Positions 37,991 through 50,860 of a stretch of 63,902 nt of DNA are shown piece by piece. The DNA is from Octopus bimaculoides (Eukaryota). Under the pieces are notes generated by a model, which was given only the letters and a program-made list of their open reading frames with translations, was not told the origin of the DNA and did not search any database. The stretch lies in the NCBI RefSeq assembly GCF_001194135.2, contig NC_068981.1:168359809-168423710 (forward strand), read 5' to 3'. The first letter of the stretch is position 1, and each line of letters begins with the position of its first letter. The position numbers and the translations under genes were made by a program.

Positions 37991-39367
37991 CGTTTTCATC
38001 ATCTTGGGGTTTCATAGCTTGTTTGTTTGCTTAATGATCATTTTCCTATGCTATATTTTATGACCAGATGCCCTTTTTGCTGCCAATCCGTATCTGTTTT
38101 TTATAATGTTAACAAGGAATGTTAACATCAGAATCACCATTGTGTTTGGACTTGTGCCAAATGAAACCGTGCACTGTCAACATTCACATACATATGCACA
38201 CACAATGGGCTTCCATACAGTTTCCATCTACTTATTCTGCTCACAAAGGATTGGTGGCCCGGTGCTATAGTAGAAGACACTTACCCAAGGTGCTGTGTAG
38301 TGATACTGAACCTGAAATCACATGGTTGGGGAGTGAACTTCTTAACCACACAGCCATGCCCGCACCTGATAGTGTTCAATAAAAATAATTTTGAATATTT
38401 CTTTTTTAGAATGGTTTAACTTGAAGCAAATAAAGCTATATATAATAGTGTGTAAATGTTGAATTAAAAATCCTTTGGATAGAAAAAAGTTGACAACATA
38501 CAATTTTTGCAAGTAAGAACAAATTTCTAAAACGGATAGAGAAATTCAAACGATAACTTTGGTCCATCATGTTTACAAGAGATGAGATGTGGGTTTATAT
38601 CTCACAGGCAGCCTTTGACCCCTTCTATCCAAAGGGGACTTTTAACTCAATATTTACATGCTTTCATTTACAGCTTTAACTGCTTTGAGTTAAACCATTC
38701 CAAATCAAGAATTATTTCATGGTCTCTCCAAAGTTATAAATTCTAATGACATTAACAATTTTGAATATGTTTGTTCAAATTAGGAACATTTTGGAAGGTC
38801 TAGAGTAAGATAAATTTTGTTAGGTGCTGTGGATTTGGAAAGGATTAAGTGAATGGCTAGTGGTAAGGAGGTGAGAATGAGAGATCAGTTTTCTAGACAG
38901 GATAATGGTTTATCACAGGTAATACACTAAACATTACCAGAGCTCCTATTCTTGACAGTTAGATGAAATAAAGTAACACTGAATATAAAGTCCTGTTCAG
39001 AAATACAATAAAATATTTGAGTAACTACCTGGCCTTCAGATATCTTCAGCAGGGTACATTTTGTTGCAAGCATTTGGATTAGGTCCTTCATCTCAAGATA
39101 ACTTCCTTCACCAGTCATAAGAGCCCAGCAAAGGCTCAGGTGTGCCAGTTTTTTTTCTCTAAGTGATAATTTTTTTTTTAAATTTATAATTTTGCTGTTT
39201 GACACAGGCATGGCCATGTGGCTCAGGCATCCTCATTCAATCATGTGGCCCCAAGTTTGATCCCGTTCTGTGGAATCTTGGACAAGCATCTTCTAATCTA
39301 ACCTCACCATTAAGGTTGGGTGAACAGAAAATGTATTAAAGCCCAACAGATAAACTGTGCCTGTAAC

Positions 39368-39597
39368 TCAACCCTTTAACCTTCAGATTACTTTGTCAAA
39401 TTTAATGCTTCCTTATTCACATTGTTTTGAATTAATCATGCATTATCTCACAAACTTTGAGATTTCAATGACATGATTGTTTATTGTGTAGTATGACATT
39501 GTAGGGTAGGTGTGAGAGGCCAGATCTGGTCAGTTTGAACATAAAACTGGTAGGATACTCGAGCCATATATGGCCAGTTTAAATGCTAAAGGGTTAA
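39368..39597 (-). mobile_element. piggyBac-like MITE (family E)
   Basis: Termini and internal match. Confidence 0.8.
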
Positions 39598-40039
39598 AGA
39601 GACAACTTGGTCACACACACAGAGTATCATACTGATTCTGTCTGAAGTTAACATTAATGGTACAAGTTCATGTGGAATATTTGGCCACAGACGCTATAAT
39701 TCAATGAAAAGGTAGTTCTATTGAGTAACTGGAACACTCACCCTCAAAACTGGTGGAGGATTTATTTACACTATTTACTTTATTGCTGCTGAGAATGAGT
39801 TATAGAATTCTGGCATTGATCTTCATACTTCTTGCATACAAATTAAATATTCCACTAATTAAATTAATGCTCAATTAATTATACAATTAAGTGACAAACA
39901 TCAGCAATGTTGATATAATTTCTTTTTCTTAAGTAGGAGCCTATCATCTGTCAGGCAAAGTGAGGCAAGTAAATTTGAGCCTTGACAAGGGGGACACCAC
40001 ATTTGCTGATATAAGGGTTAAGCCCACGACCATCTAGAC

Positions 40040-40897
40040 TGGTGGTTTTCAACTATTTTTCACTTCTGGACCCCTTCCATTACTATTTTATTCTGGTGGA
40101 CACCCCCTAGCCATTCGATGTTTAAAGACTAGTTTTATAGATATTTCTTTTAGAATTCTTCTTTTGTTATTCACTCATCTACTTATGTCAGCTGAACTAT
40201 GTATAATGTTAGAGAAAGAAACCTCATTGTTTCTTGCAATAGAAACTTTTAAATCAAAACTTTATATGAACACTTAAAGTACTACTATCATCATCATCAT
40301 TTAACGTCCGCTTTCCATGCTAGCATGGGTTGGACGATTTGACTGAGGACTGGTGAACCAGATGGCTACACCAGGCCCCAATCTGATTTGGCAGTTTCTA
40401 CAGCCTGGATGCCCTTCCTAACGTCAACCACTCCGAGAGTGTAGTGAGTGCTTTTACGATCCATAGTAGTACTTAAAGTACTACCATGGATCCTCAATTT
40501 ACTATTTTGCTAGCATGCCCCTCCCCCACGAAAATCTTATATGGACAACTAAGGGTTGAGAATCATTGATCTAGACCAGTACTCTGCAACAGGTATGCCA
40601 CGAGATGATGCTAGGTGTGCCATAGTGTAACCTAAATATAATTTTTTCCCTATACTTTTAGTTATATTCTTAGTTCAGCTGTGCTGCCGAATTTTGAAAA
40701 GAATATAAGTGTGCTGCAAGTGTAAAAAGGTTGCAGAGAACTGTTCTAGACCAATCATGGGTAAACTGTGACCCAAATGACTTTTTGAATGACATGACTG
40801 TCAAAAAGCTATCTTGAATCTTTTTAGTAGTACATTCTGCCTAATAATGAGCCATGTCACGTGCTGCCCGTTTCTTGAAAAAGACTGCCCATAACTG
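40040..40897. mobile_element. Three abutting hAT (Charlie-like) MITEs: 40040-40568, 40577-40743, 40752-40897
   Basis: CAGTGGTTCTCAAC-type TIRs; 8-bp targets ATCTAGAC (40032-39, 40569-76) and TTCTAGAC (40744-51); family C insert at 40286-40470. Confidence 0.75.
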
Positions 40898-40949
40898 ACC
40901 TGGTCAGTAGCCAGGTAATGAAAAGGTACCCTTCTTAAACACTTGTGTG

Positions 40950-41260
40950 TGAAGGTGTGTGGCTTAGTGGTTAGGGTATCTGGCTCATGATCGTAAGGTC
41001 ATGAATTCAATTCCCGGCAACACATTGTGTCCTTGAGCAAGACACTTTATTCCACATTGCTCCAATCTACTCAGCTGACAAAAATGAATAGTACCTGTAT
41101 TTCAAAGGGCCAGCTTTGTCACACTCTGTGTCATGCTGAATCTCCCTGAGAACTATATTAAAGATACATGTGTCTGTAGTGTTTAATCACTTGCACATTA
41201 ATTTCACAAGCAGGCTGATCCAACTGGAGCCTTTGTTGTCACAACTGATGGAATGCCAGT
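40950..41260 (+). mobile_element. SINE family D variant
   Basis: Aligns to 13655-13960. Confidence 0.8.
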
Positions 41261-43049
41261 TAAACATTCATGAAGAACAGTACTTCTAGCTTAGTACTCC
41301 TTTTTTCTTGCAGAATAGCATTTCATAAACACTCACAACTCATATATTTCAAATAACAAAAAGAGAAATAAGGAAGGGATAGACTATTTTAATCAAAAAG
41401 AAGCTAATTTGTGTATTGATTTATTATCCATATTTTCCTAAATTATCCCAGCAACCATGTGCCTCTTTCTAGATACTCACAAGGAATAGTGCCTCTATGC
41501 TAAATTTCTACAGAAATCACTAAAGGTGAGGACTTATAAAATGAAGTTAAGTTTAGATTTAGATTTTTCATGCATGTAAATAAAAAACAAATGGAACAAA
41601 AGATTACAATGTTATTAGCATTATTAGTGGTATTAAGGAATCAAACATGTATCTTAGTTTTGGCTAACTTCAAGACAAATGAAAAAATATAATTAATAAT
41701 TTATGATATTCAACAAATTATTTTCCAAACACAATATTTAATAACTGAAAAATAATTAATGTCTACCTTGTACTTGAAACAGTCATGTTTCTGCACTTTT
41801 GCCAACCACTATTTTTTGTTGTTGTTTTATTAAATATAAGTGACAAAGGACTGAGATATCTGATGCCTTGCTGTGCTTGAGAAGGCATATCCACTACAAC
41901 AGGCTTGATATCTTAGAACTGCCTTGGTAAATGCTTGTATGTGAGCAGCTTTGCCCCACCTAGCTTTCCCAACATCTCATCACTTCTTTATCTCTGGTAT
42001 TATTCAGCAATCATAATCACCTGAGAGCAGAACAGGCCACATCTCCTCCCTTTTGTTACTGTCTTCTTCCATTCCCCACCCCAAAACCACTTCCATTCCT
42101 CATTATCTTCTTCCAGCCATGCTCTTTCCTCTCTGCTACACTCCATCCTTAGAGCCACTTCCATTCCTTGTTACCTTTTTTCATTCATGCTCTTTCCTTT
42201 CTGCTATGATCCATCCATGTTTACACCTCTTTCATTCCCTATCTCTCTCAATACCCTCACATATTTAACATAACCCCTCCCCTTGAGCCACTCCTATATC
42301 TCTCACCATCAATTACAAGTCATCTCTATCCCATCTTACTATCCTCACATTCTTATAAAACTTTCTATTCTGTCACCCCTGCCCACCCATCCAATACAAT
42401 CCTCAGCATCACTTCAACTATATTCACCCCACCTCCCACTGCCCTGATACATTTACCACCATCTCTCTCCTTCTCAATCTTCTCAGTTTCTCTTTCTCTC
42501 CCTTCTTCTCCAACTGGGATATCCTTGTATCTCTTCTACAACAAGACACCTGTCTCTATCCCTCTATTATTCTTTTAACCTCTCAACTGGCACAGAGCCA
42601 CTTCTCTCAATACTAGTCTCCCAGTTGAAGGGACTTCGTTTTGTCTTCACAAATTACTTGGGTGACCCTGCTGGTGCTGGTTTCTGCCACGGAAAATACA
42701 CCCAATACACTCTGTAAAGTGATTGTCATTAGGAAGGGCATGCAGCCATAGAAACCATTCCAAAACAGACAAAAGAGCTTGACATAGCCCTCTGGCTTGC
42801 TTGCCCTTGTCAAACCATCCAAACTATGCCAGCATGGAAAACAGACGTTAAATGGTTTAAATATATCATTTCTACCCAGCTCCCTTACTAAATACCCAGT
42901 GACTTCCATGCACATCAGCCACTTTAAAGAGTGTTGTTGCTCAGATTAAAAACCACTGATGTAGATGGTACACTTTTGTATAACTTGCCACACAAAATTA
43001 TACTGATGTTGAACTGCATTATTTCATGTGGGTTAGCAAGTTTATATTA

Positions 43050-43300
43050 GTCAAATATATTTGATTTCCATGTGAAGTAATTCTTGTTGGGCTGATCAAA
43101 AACCATATTGGTGACACAGAGCTCCTGCTGTTCAGCAGGAGGTCTCCTTTGGAGTTCTGTTCTTTTTGCGCTTGCCAAACTTACTGATGATGCCTGCGTA
43201 GGTCTCACAGTCTGCTCCCACCCTGGCATTGAAGTTTGGTCTCAAGATCAACACTTTAAAAACTGAGCTGCTCTACCAAGATGTCCAAGCAGATCAAGTG
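43050..43300 (-). mobile_element. RTE LINE endonuclease fragment
   Basis: Frameshifted translation FNARVGADCETYAGIISKFGKRKKN...QELCVTNMVFDQPNKNYFTWK. Confidence 0.75.
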
Positions 43301-43546
43301 AGCCCAAGCCAGTGACAGTACACAGAGAGCCCTTAAAGTGCACTGTGGCTTTTGTTACTGGAGAAATGTTGATTTATCTTATCTGGATAGAAGTGTTGTC
43401 TTTGCAATTGTTGAACACCAAATCACCCTGACTAAGCAAGGAATCCAAAGGAATTCCAGTCTTGATCCAAGACCATCCTGCTTTATTTTCAAACATTATG
43501 CATCAAGAACTATATTGCTTCATATAACCTTCCTTTATTTTTTAAA

Positions 43547-43765
43547 AACCCTTTGACAATTAGATTATTCTGTCAAATGTAAAGTTTATTTATTTGCATT
43601 GTTTTCAATTAATCATGAATTATCTTGTAGTTTTGAGATTTTGATGATGTGATTATTTATGCTTATTGTAGGGTAGGTGTTGAGAGGCCAGGTCTGGCTG
43701 ATGTGAAGAAAAAACAAGTAAAATACTGGGGCTTAATATGGCTGCTTTAAATGCTACAGGGCTTA
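43547..43765 (-). mobile_element. piggyBac-like MITE (family E), diverged
   Basis: Internal match. Confidence 0.7.
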
Positions 43766-44339
43766 TGCTATTTTTTCCAGGTCAAGCAACAGACAGAGGC
43801 TCCTTTTTTTAGCTCTAGATAATTTCTTACATACATACAAGGCCAGAAATTTGTGAGGAGAGGGAACACTTGACTCCAATACTTAACTGGCACTTTACTT
43901 TATCAAATCTGGAAGGACAGAAGGCAAAGTCAACCATGGTAAGATTTGAACTCAGGAAGTAAAGAACCACAACTATGTATTTAAAAGCATTTGGTCTGAC
44001 ATTTCAGCAATTCTCATAGAGTTAATAATACTGATGAATAGATTAAGGTAGCACAATTCCAGATGTGATGAGAATGTATTCAATGTAAAGAGGTCATTAA
44101 TTTAAAGACCAACCACTTTCCTGACCTAAATCTATAAAAAGGTTAATTCAACACAGATAACTAGTTATTTCACTTCTGTAAGTGTGATGAAATTTGTTTG
44201 GGACTTAGCATACGACATGACAGCATGACACTATTATTATTCTTACTGGAAGAGTAGCAATTTGGTAGAAATGGTAAAACAGCCTCATGATAGTTGCCTT
44301 TTATCTCTTTGCAGGATCAATAAAGTATATATAAATATC

Positions 44340-44612
44340 AGTGTGTAGGCGCAATGTCCCAGTGGTTAGGGCAGCGGACTCACGGTCATAGGATCGCGGT
44401 TTCGATTCCCAGACCAGGCATTGTGAGTGTTTATTGAGCGAAAACACCTAAAGCTCCACTGTGTCACGCTGAATATCCCTGAGAACTATGTTAAGGGTAC
44501 ACGTGTCTGTGGAGTGCTCAGCCACTTGCACGTTAATTTCACGAGCAGGTTGTTCCGTTGATTGGATCAACTGGAACCCTTGACGTCGTAAGCGACCGAG
44601 TGCCAACAACAA
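44340..44612 (+). mobile_element. SINE family D with an internal deletion of roughly 115 bp
   Basis: Comparison with 12100-12457. Confidence 0.85.
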
Positions 44613-44749
44613 TATAAATATCAGTAATATAATCAAGAAGTTGATTCAACTGAGATACTTCTCTTCCATTATAAAAATTAAATTGTTCTTGGATCAAAAA
44701 ACGAAATCCCTGTTGCCACTGCCATTGTTGTTTATTACTATATGAAAGT

Positions 44750-45210
44750 GGCATGCTGGCAGAATTGTTAGCATGCCATACAAAACTCTGTTAAGCATTT
44801 GTTCGTCTTTGTTCTGAGTTCAAGTTTTGCAAAGGTCAACCTTGTCTTATGTCCTTTCAGGGTCAGTGAAATAAATACCAGTCAAGTGCTGGGATTGATG
44901 TAATCACCTTCCCCTTCCCACTAAATTGTTGGCTTGGTGCCAAAATTTAAAATCATCATCATCATCATTATTATTGTTGTTGTTGTTGTTAAGGTGGTGA
45001 GCTGGCAGAATCATTAACACTCTGGGCAAAATGTTTAGTGACATTTTGTCCATCCTTACTTTCTGAGTTCAAATTCCGCAGAGGTTGACTTTGTCTTTCA
45101 TCCTTTCGGAGTCGATAAATTAAGTACAACTTACACACTGGGGTCAATGTAATCGACTATCCCCCTCCCCACAAATTCCAGGCCTTGTGCCTATAGTAGA
45201 AAGGATTATT
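44750..45210 (+). mobile_element. Two tandem family B SINEs
   Basis: Consensus match. Confidence 0.8.
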
Positions 45211-45392
45211 ATTATTATTATTATTATTGGAAATGGCTGAGATAGAGTGTTATAGTTCTGTGTGCCTGGAAACCAAATTCAAATCTGACAAAGAATGGTG
45301 CTGCCCTTCATCACTCTGCAATTACTAAAATCAAACCATTCAACTATAAAAAAGTGAAGTGCTAACTTCTTTTAATATGGTGTACGATAACT

Positions 45393-45602
45393 TTAACTCT
45401 TTAACATTTAAACCAGCCATATCCGGTCCCAATATTTTATGTTTTATGTTCAAATCAGCCAGATCCAGCCTTTCACACCTACCTTATAACGTCACTCTAA
45501 AAATATACCATCACAATACCAAGATAATTCATGATTTATTCAAGACAATGTGAATAGATAAGCATTACAATTGACAGAGTAATCTGAATGCCAAAGGGTT
45601 AA
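45393..45602 (+). mobile_element. piggyBac-like MITE (family E)
   Basis: TTAA termini; internal match. Confidence 0.8.
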
Positions 45603-47214
45603 TTAATAGAGATAAGAACCAATACTGACAACTTCTCTTAATACAAATTTCACTATAACCTCTCTTGATACAAAATTGATCTTATACCTAAGAAGTTACA
45701 ATCAAATTAAAGAAGTGGATTGGCAGAACTGAAGACCATTGGACCACAAATTACCTAGCATTATTATATAGTTGCTTTCCTTTACATATTCCAAATTTGA
45801 ATCCTACTGAAGTCAGCATCACACCTCATCCTTCCAGTCAATAAATTAATAATAAGAGCTGTCATATTTGACTGTTCCTTTCTTATATTTGGCCAAATCT
45901 TTATTACTAGAAAAAATGCATTAATACATTGCATGTAATTTGAAAATTCTATTGCTAAACTAAATCATTTTATGTCAAACTACATTTTTCTATATTTGTT
46001 AATCACTCAACTACAAAGTAGGAGTTATTAAATGCAACTTATCAGATAGAATGATTGAAAAGCAGCAGCATAGAACCCTTGTCCTATTGATTGAAGCAAG
46101 GCCAAAGACTGGGTTTGAACTTGTGTCGAAACACTATTAGTCTGTTATTTAGAGTTTCGTGTAACCAATCATCAGACAGCCATGAGTCTGATGATCAGTT
46201 ACTTGAAACTGAGTAATAGTTTGTGAAGTCTTTTAAACTCCAATAAAATACTGTACATACATACTTACATATATATATATCATCATTTAACGTCCACCTT
46301 CCATGCTACATGGGTAATATATATATATTATTAAATATTAGATAATAAAACGAATGGTTTATACCTGGTAGCTTACTGGTAAAGTATGATCACTTTCACA
46401 GTGTTTGTTATGCATCCAGTTAATGAGACGGAAGATGGAAGATACAAGAGTAGAACTGTTGTGATTAATAAAAACTCTCGTATCTTCCATCTTGCATCCC
46501 TTATTAACCGATATATATATATATAAAAGCAGTATCCCTTGAAATTCCAGGGCCCATTTTTGAGGTAAAGTGTCAACCATAGATATCTGTCTGCTCAGTG
46601 ATAATATCCTGTCATTTCCTCCATAATCCTTTGATTAATTTGTAAGGAGTCTTGTCAATTCTCTTTGATCATGTTTTCTCATTCTGGCTTGTACAAAATA
46701 TTCCTACCTATCATCATCATTCATATTATGCCATCTTCCTTGATTAACATATCTCATTCTTTCCCTATTATCTCCTGGCTCTATTTCTTGCATTAATTTC
46801 ATTCCTCTCCTCCAGAGTTAATGCTTCTTGTCATTCATGATTCTCTTCTCTTTATTCTAAATTCTCATTTCTTTTCTTTGCTTTTTCCCCTGTATCTTTT
46901 CTACCTCTCTAGATTTTCACTGTTGTGCTCTATGATCATTGTCTGCCATAACACACCAAACTTCATTTCAGTAATAAATTGATTTAAGTACTTGATATTA
47001 TAGAAATGGCAACACCTGTATTCAAGATATACCATTACACAAATTTTTCACAAAGAAATTTAAGAATAAAGCTAGTATATAAGTAGTTGGAGGGGAGGTG
47101 GAATGCCAAATCCAAGACATACAGCTACATCTAATTTAAGAAGGAAGTTAGGGACATGACTATTAATACATAAACAGATTTTCAGTCTGACAAGGACTTG
47201 CTCTAAGATGTATG

Positions 47215-48285
47215 CATGAAATTGTCAGGTAAATAATGAGAGAGGAAGTCAAACAAAAGCTACTGGCATAGGCACATACCCACCCCCCGCTCCACCAGTA
47301 GTGTGTTTAAATCTCTCTAGTTCACACACACTTTATCCATTCCTACCCTCTCAAAGAGTGGCAAACCTCTTTAGACCACAGAAATCTAGAAATTTGGAAA
47401 CGACATGCTGTACTGCTTGGCATTTATGCAGGAAGCTCCAATACGAACATTTCAGAGTGTTCAGGTGTCAATCTGAGGATAGCGTAGAAGATTCGGAAAG
47501 AGTTGGATGAGTCTAATGGTGATTACAAAAGTACAACAGCTTGGAAAACTCACTCTGATCGTTCTGATAAGAAAAGAACTCCTAAATTTGTTGGTGAGAT
47601 CCAGGCCATGATCGACAATGATCCTTCCAAGTCAATCAGGTCCATGGGAGTGTCTGAGTTTCTTATCAGGCAGGTAGTGCATGAAAACAGTCGGTATTCC
47701 TCACACAAGATGAGAAAGGGCCAATTTTTATCTCAAGCCATCAAAGACAAGAGGAAAGACCACACTACAAAGCTTTCGAATAAACTCAAACATCCCCTCC
47801 AACCAAATATGGTTTGGTTTTTCTCAGCCAAGAAAAATTTCTGCCAGAGTCGGCAACAGGACTCAGCACCATGCCACACAAGAATGGAAAACCCAGTCAT
47901 GGCTGTCAAACAATTTCTGCAACCACATCACTCCTAACATCTGGCCACCTAACTCCCCAGACTGCAACCCCCTTGATTATTATGTGTGGGGCGCAGCTGA
48001 GCGAAAGACCAAGAAATCTCCTTGCAACACCAAAGATGAACTGAAGGCAATGATTCTGGCAGTATTCACCAACTTAAACAAGGAGACCATCCAGAAGAGT
48101 TGCAGGAGATTCCGAAGTCATCTGGAGGTGGTGGTTGAAGCCAATGGCGATTTTACTGAATAAATTTACTCTTTAGTATTTCAAGATATTTTAATGTAAT
48201 TTTGGCAAATATATCTGTTAAAATGAAATGTGAGCGTTATTTTCATTTTTGCCTAATTTAGACAATTTACTCACCACACCTTGTA
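47215..48285 (+). mobile_element. Internally deleted DD37D (maT/mori-type) transposon
   Basis: HTH region DNDPSKSIRS...SEFLIRQVVHE; QQDSAPCHT; IWPPNSPDCNPLDYYVWG; 3' TIR ...GACAATTTACTCACCACACCTTG|TA. Confidence 0.9.
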
Positions 48286-48959
48286 TATACATATATACAC
48301 ACATAAAGATATATATGTATATATGCATATATACATATATATATATATGTATATATAGCTGGTGCCGTGTAAAAAGTCCAAGTGCTGGTGCCACATAAAA
48401 AGCTCCCATGCTGGTGTCACATAAGAAGCACTCAGTACACTTTGTAAAGTGATAGGCGGTAGGAAGGGTACCCAACCATAGAAACCATGCCAAAATAGAC
48501 AATTGGAGCTTGATGCAGTTCTGCAGCTTGACAGCTCCTATCAAACTGTTCAACCTATGCCAGCATGGAAAACAGACATTAAATGATGATATACATGATT
48601 AGTATAAGATATATAAGAGAACCACGTGGCTATCACAGTAAACTCCTCATATAGACTCAGCTATCAGTCCACATAATGATCAATTACAAACTAGTGTAAT
48701 GTAAAGCATCCAAGGGTTTTGCCTGGGGAAAACATCACAGACATCTGTGATCTCATAGGCCCCTTTATATTAGATACCCTAGATAGGAATTTCCATCAAC
48801 TTACTTTGACCTATATAGAGATACTGCTTTACCTATCCCTAGAGGTGTAAAATAGCACACCCTGACAAGTTCAGAAAAGCCTGATCTACATCCTCAATTG
48901 CTTCAGGCTCAAGGTTACTGTAGAGATCCAACCTAGTTGCTGTTATTTTATAGATATAG

Positions 48960-49865
48960 CACTCGATATAGGCACAAGTTCATACAGGCCCTACTGCAAA
49001 TCAAACAAGAAGCTGCTGTGCATCAACACAGCTCTCTGTGGCTGGCAAATGGCCCTGTTCAATATGTAGGAAAGGAGTGGGATGTAATTCCATTTGCTAC
49101 ACCAAGTGTAAGCTACGGACACATAAGAGATGCAGTGGAACCGTGGGAAGGTTATCAGATAAGGTCATTTTTGTGTGTGGCAGATGTGCAGGAACAGTAA
49201 GCACTAAGAGTACAAGGAACGTAAACTCTCTCAAATGCTCAGGAGGTTCTCTTGAGGTAGTATAGTTTCTGCTGTTTAGGTGACCAAATTAGTAATGGTG
49301 GTGGATGCTCTGAAAGTATTGTTTCTAGAATAAGAATAGAATGGAGGAAGTTCAGAGAACTATTAGTTCTGTTGGCAGTAAAAGGACTCTCTCTCAGAGT
49401 GAAGGTAGATTGTATGATGCTTGTGTAAGAACAGCTATATTACATGGTAGTGAGACATAGGCTATGACTGCAGAGGACATGTGTTGACTGGATAGGAATG
49501 AAGGTAGTATACTCCAACAAAGCATAACTGTGGTGAGAGAAAAGTTAGGCATTAGAGGGATTAAATGTGGCGTGGGTAACCATGTACCTCCGCTATAGCA
49601 AGACACCTATTTCTGCCTCTCTATTTCCCTGTTACACTCTAACTTTTCATCATTTGGTTTGGACATGTGGTGCGTATGAGTGAAGATGGCTATATACAGA
49701 AGTGCTTGTTGCTGAAAGTGGATGGTACCTGTGAAAGAGGGAGACCCAGGAAGACATGGGATGGAGTGGTGAGGACTGATCTTAGGATGTTGAGGCTCAT
49801 GGAGGAAATGATAGTAGACTGAGATGTTTGGAGATATGAAGTTCTAGAGAAGACCTGTCCATGAA
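48960..49865 (+). mobile_element. RTE LINE 3' portion (Cys-rich insert, RT thumb and C-terminus)
   Basis: GKWPCSICRKGVGCNSI...THKRCSG...FVCGRC; FCCLGDQIS; WFGHVVRM; RGRPRKTW. Confidence 0.85.
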
Positions 49866-50434
49866 ACTGAGTGATAGAAGAGTTGTGTCCCACCCACCAT
49901 ACCTTAAGAAATCTAACCACAACTCCTCGTCTAACTGCATATTTCTCTTCCTCAAATTTCCTCTTCATAAATTATGATTGTTTTCCAATCCTCTTCCTTG
50001 CCTTCATTGCCCTGCTCACTGCTACCCACACCTTATTTTTCTAACCAGGTTCTATGCTCATATTCTTGTTACTAATGAGTATACCCCAGCACTACACCAT
50101 TTCTTTTCTGCTCTCTCTTACACTTTTTCTGTTTCCTACTCTCTATTTCCCTTTGGTCACTCTCTCTCTCTCCACTTGTTTTTCCTCTGACTAGGTAACC
50201 AAGTATCTCCTTTGCATCAGCACACTTCTTTCTGGCCTCTTTCTTGTAACTCTCTCTCACTGGGTAACCATGTACCTCTGCTATAGCAAGACACCTATTT
50301 CTGCCTCTCTATTTTCATCTTACACTCTAACCTTTCATTATTTGGTACTGGATTACCTCCTGTAATGCCTCCTCTATTGTGGCAAGACGCTTCTGTCTCT
50401 CTGTCACACTCTAACCTTCCCATGGAAAATGGAC

Positions 50435-50860
50435 ATTCATCATCATCATTTAACGTTCGCTTTCCATGCTAGCTTGGGTTGGATGATTTGACTGGGGACT
50501 GGTGAAACCAGATGGCTACACCAGACTCCAATCTGATCTGGCAGAGTTTCTACAGCTGGATGCCCTTCCTAACGCCAACCACTCCGAGAGTGTAGTGGGT
50601 GCATTTTATGTGCCACTCCGGCGGTACTGGCAACGGCCACGCTCAAGATGGTGTTTTTTATGTGCCACCTGCACAGGAGTCAGTCCAATGTTTTGTTCAC
50701 ATGCCACCAGCACAAGTGCCAGTAAGGGAAAGCTAGAAACGATCGCGCACAAATGGTGCTTTTGACATGCCACCGGCCTGGAAGCGAGACTGCTGCTCTG
50801 GCAGTGATCCCGCTTGGATGGTGCTGTTAGCGATCCACTGGCACGGGTGCCGAAAATGGT
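50435..50860 (-). mobile_element. Family C copy with tandem modules
   Basis: Consensus match. Confidence 0.85.
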
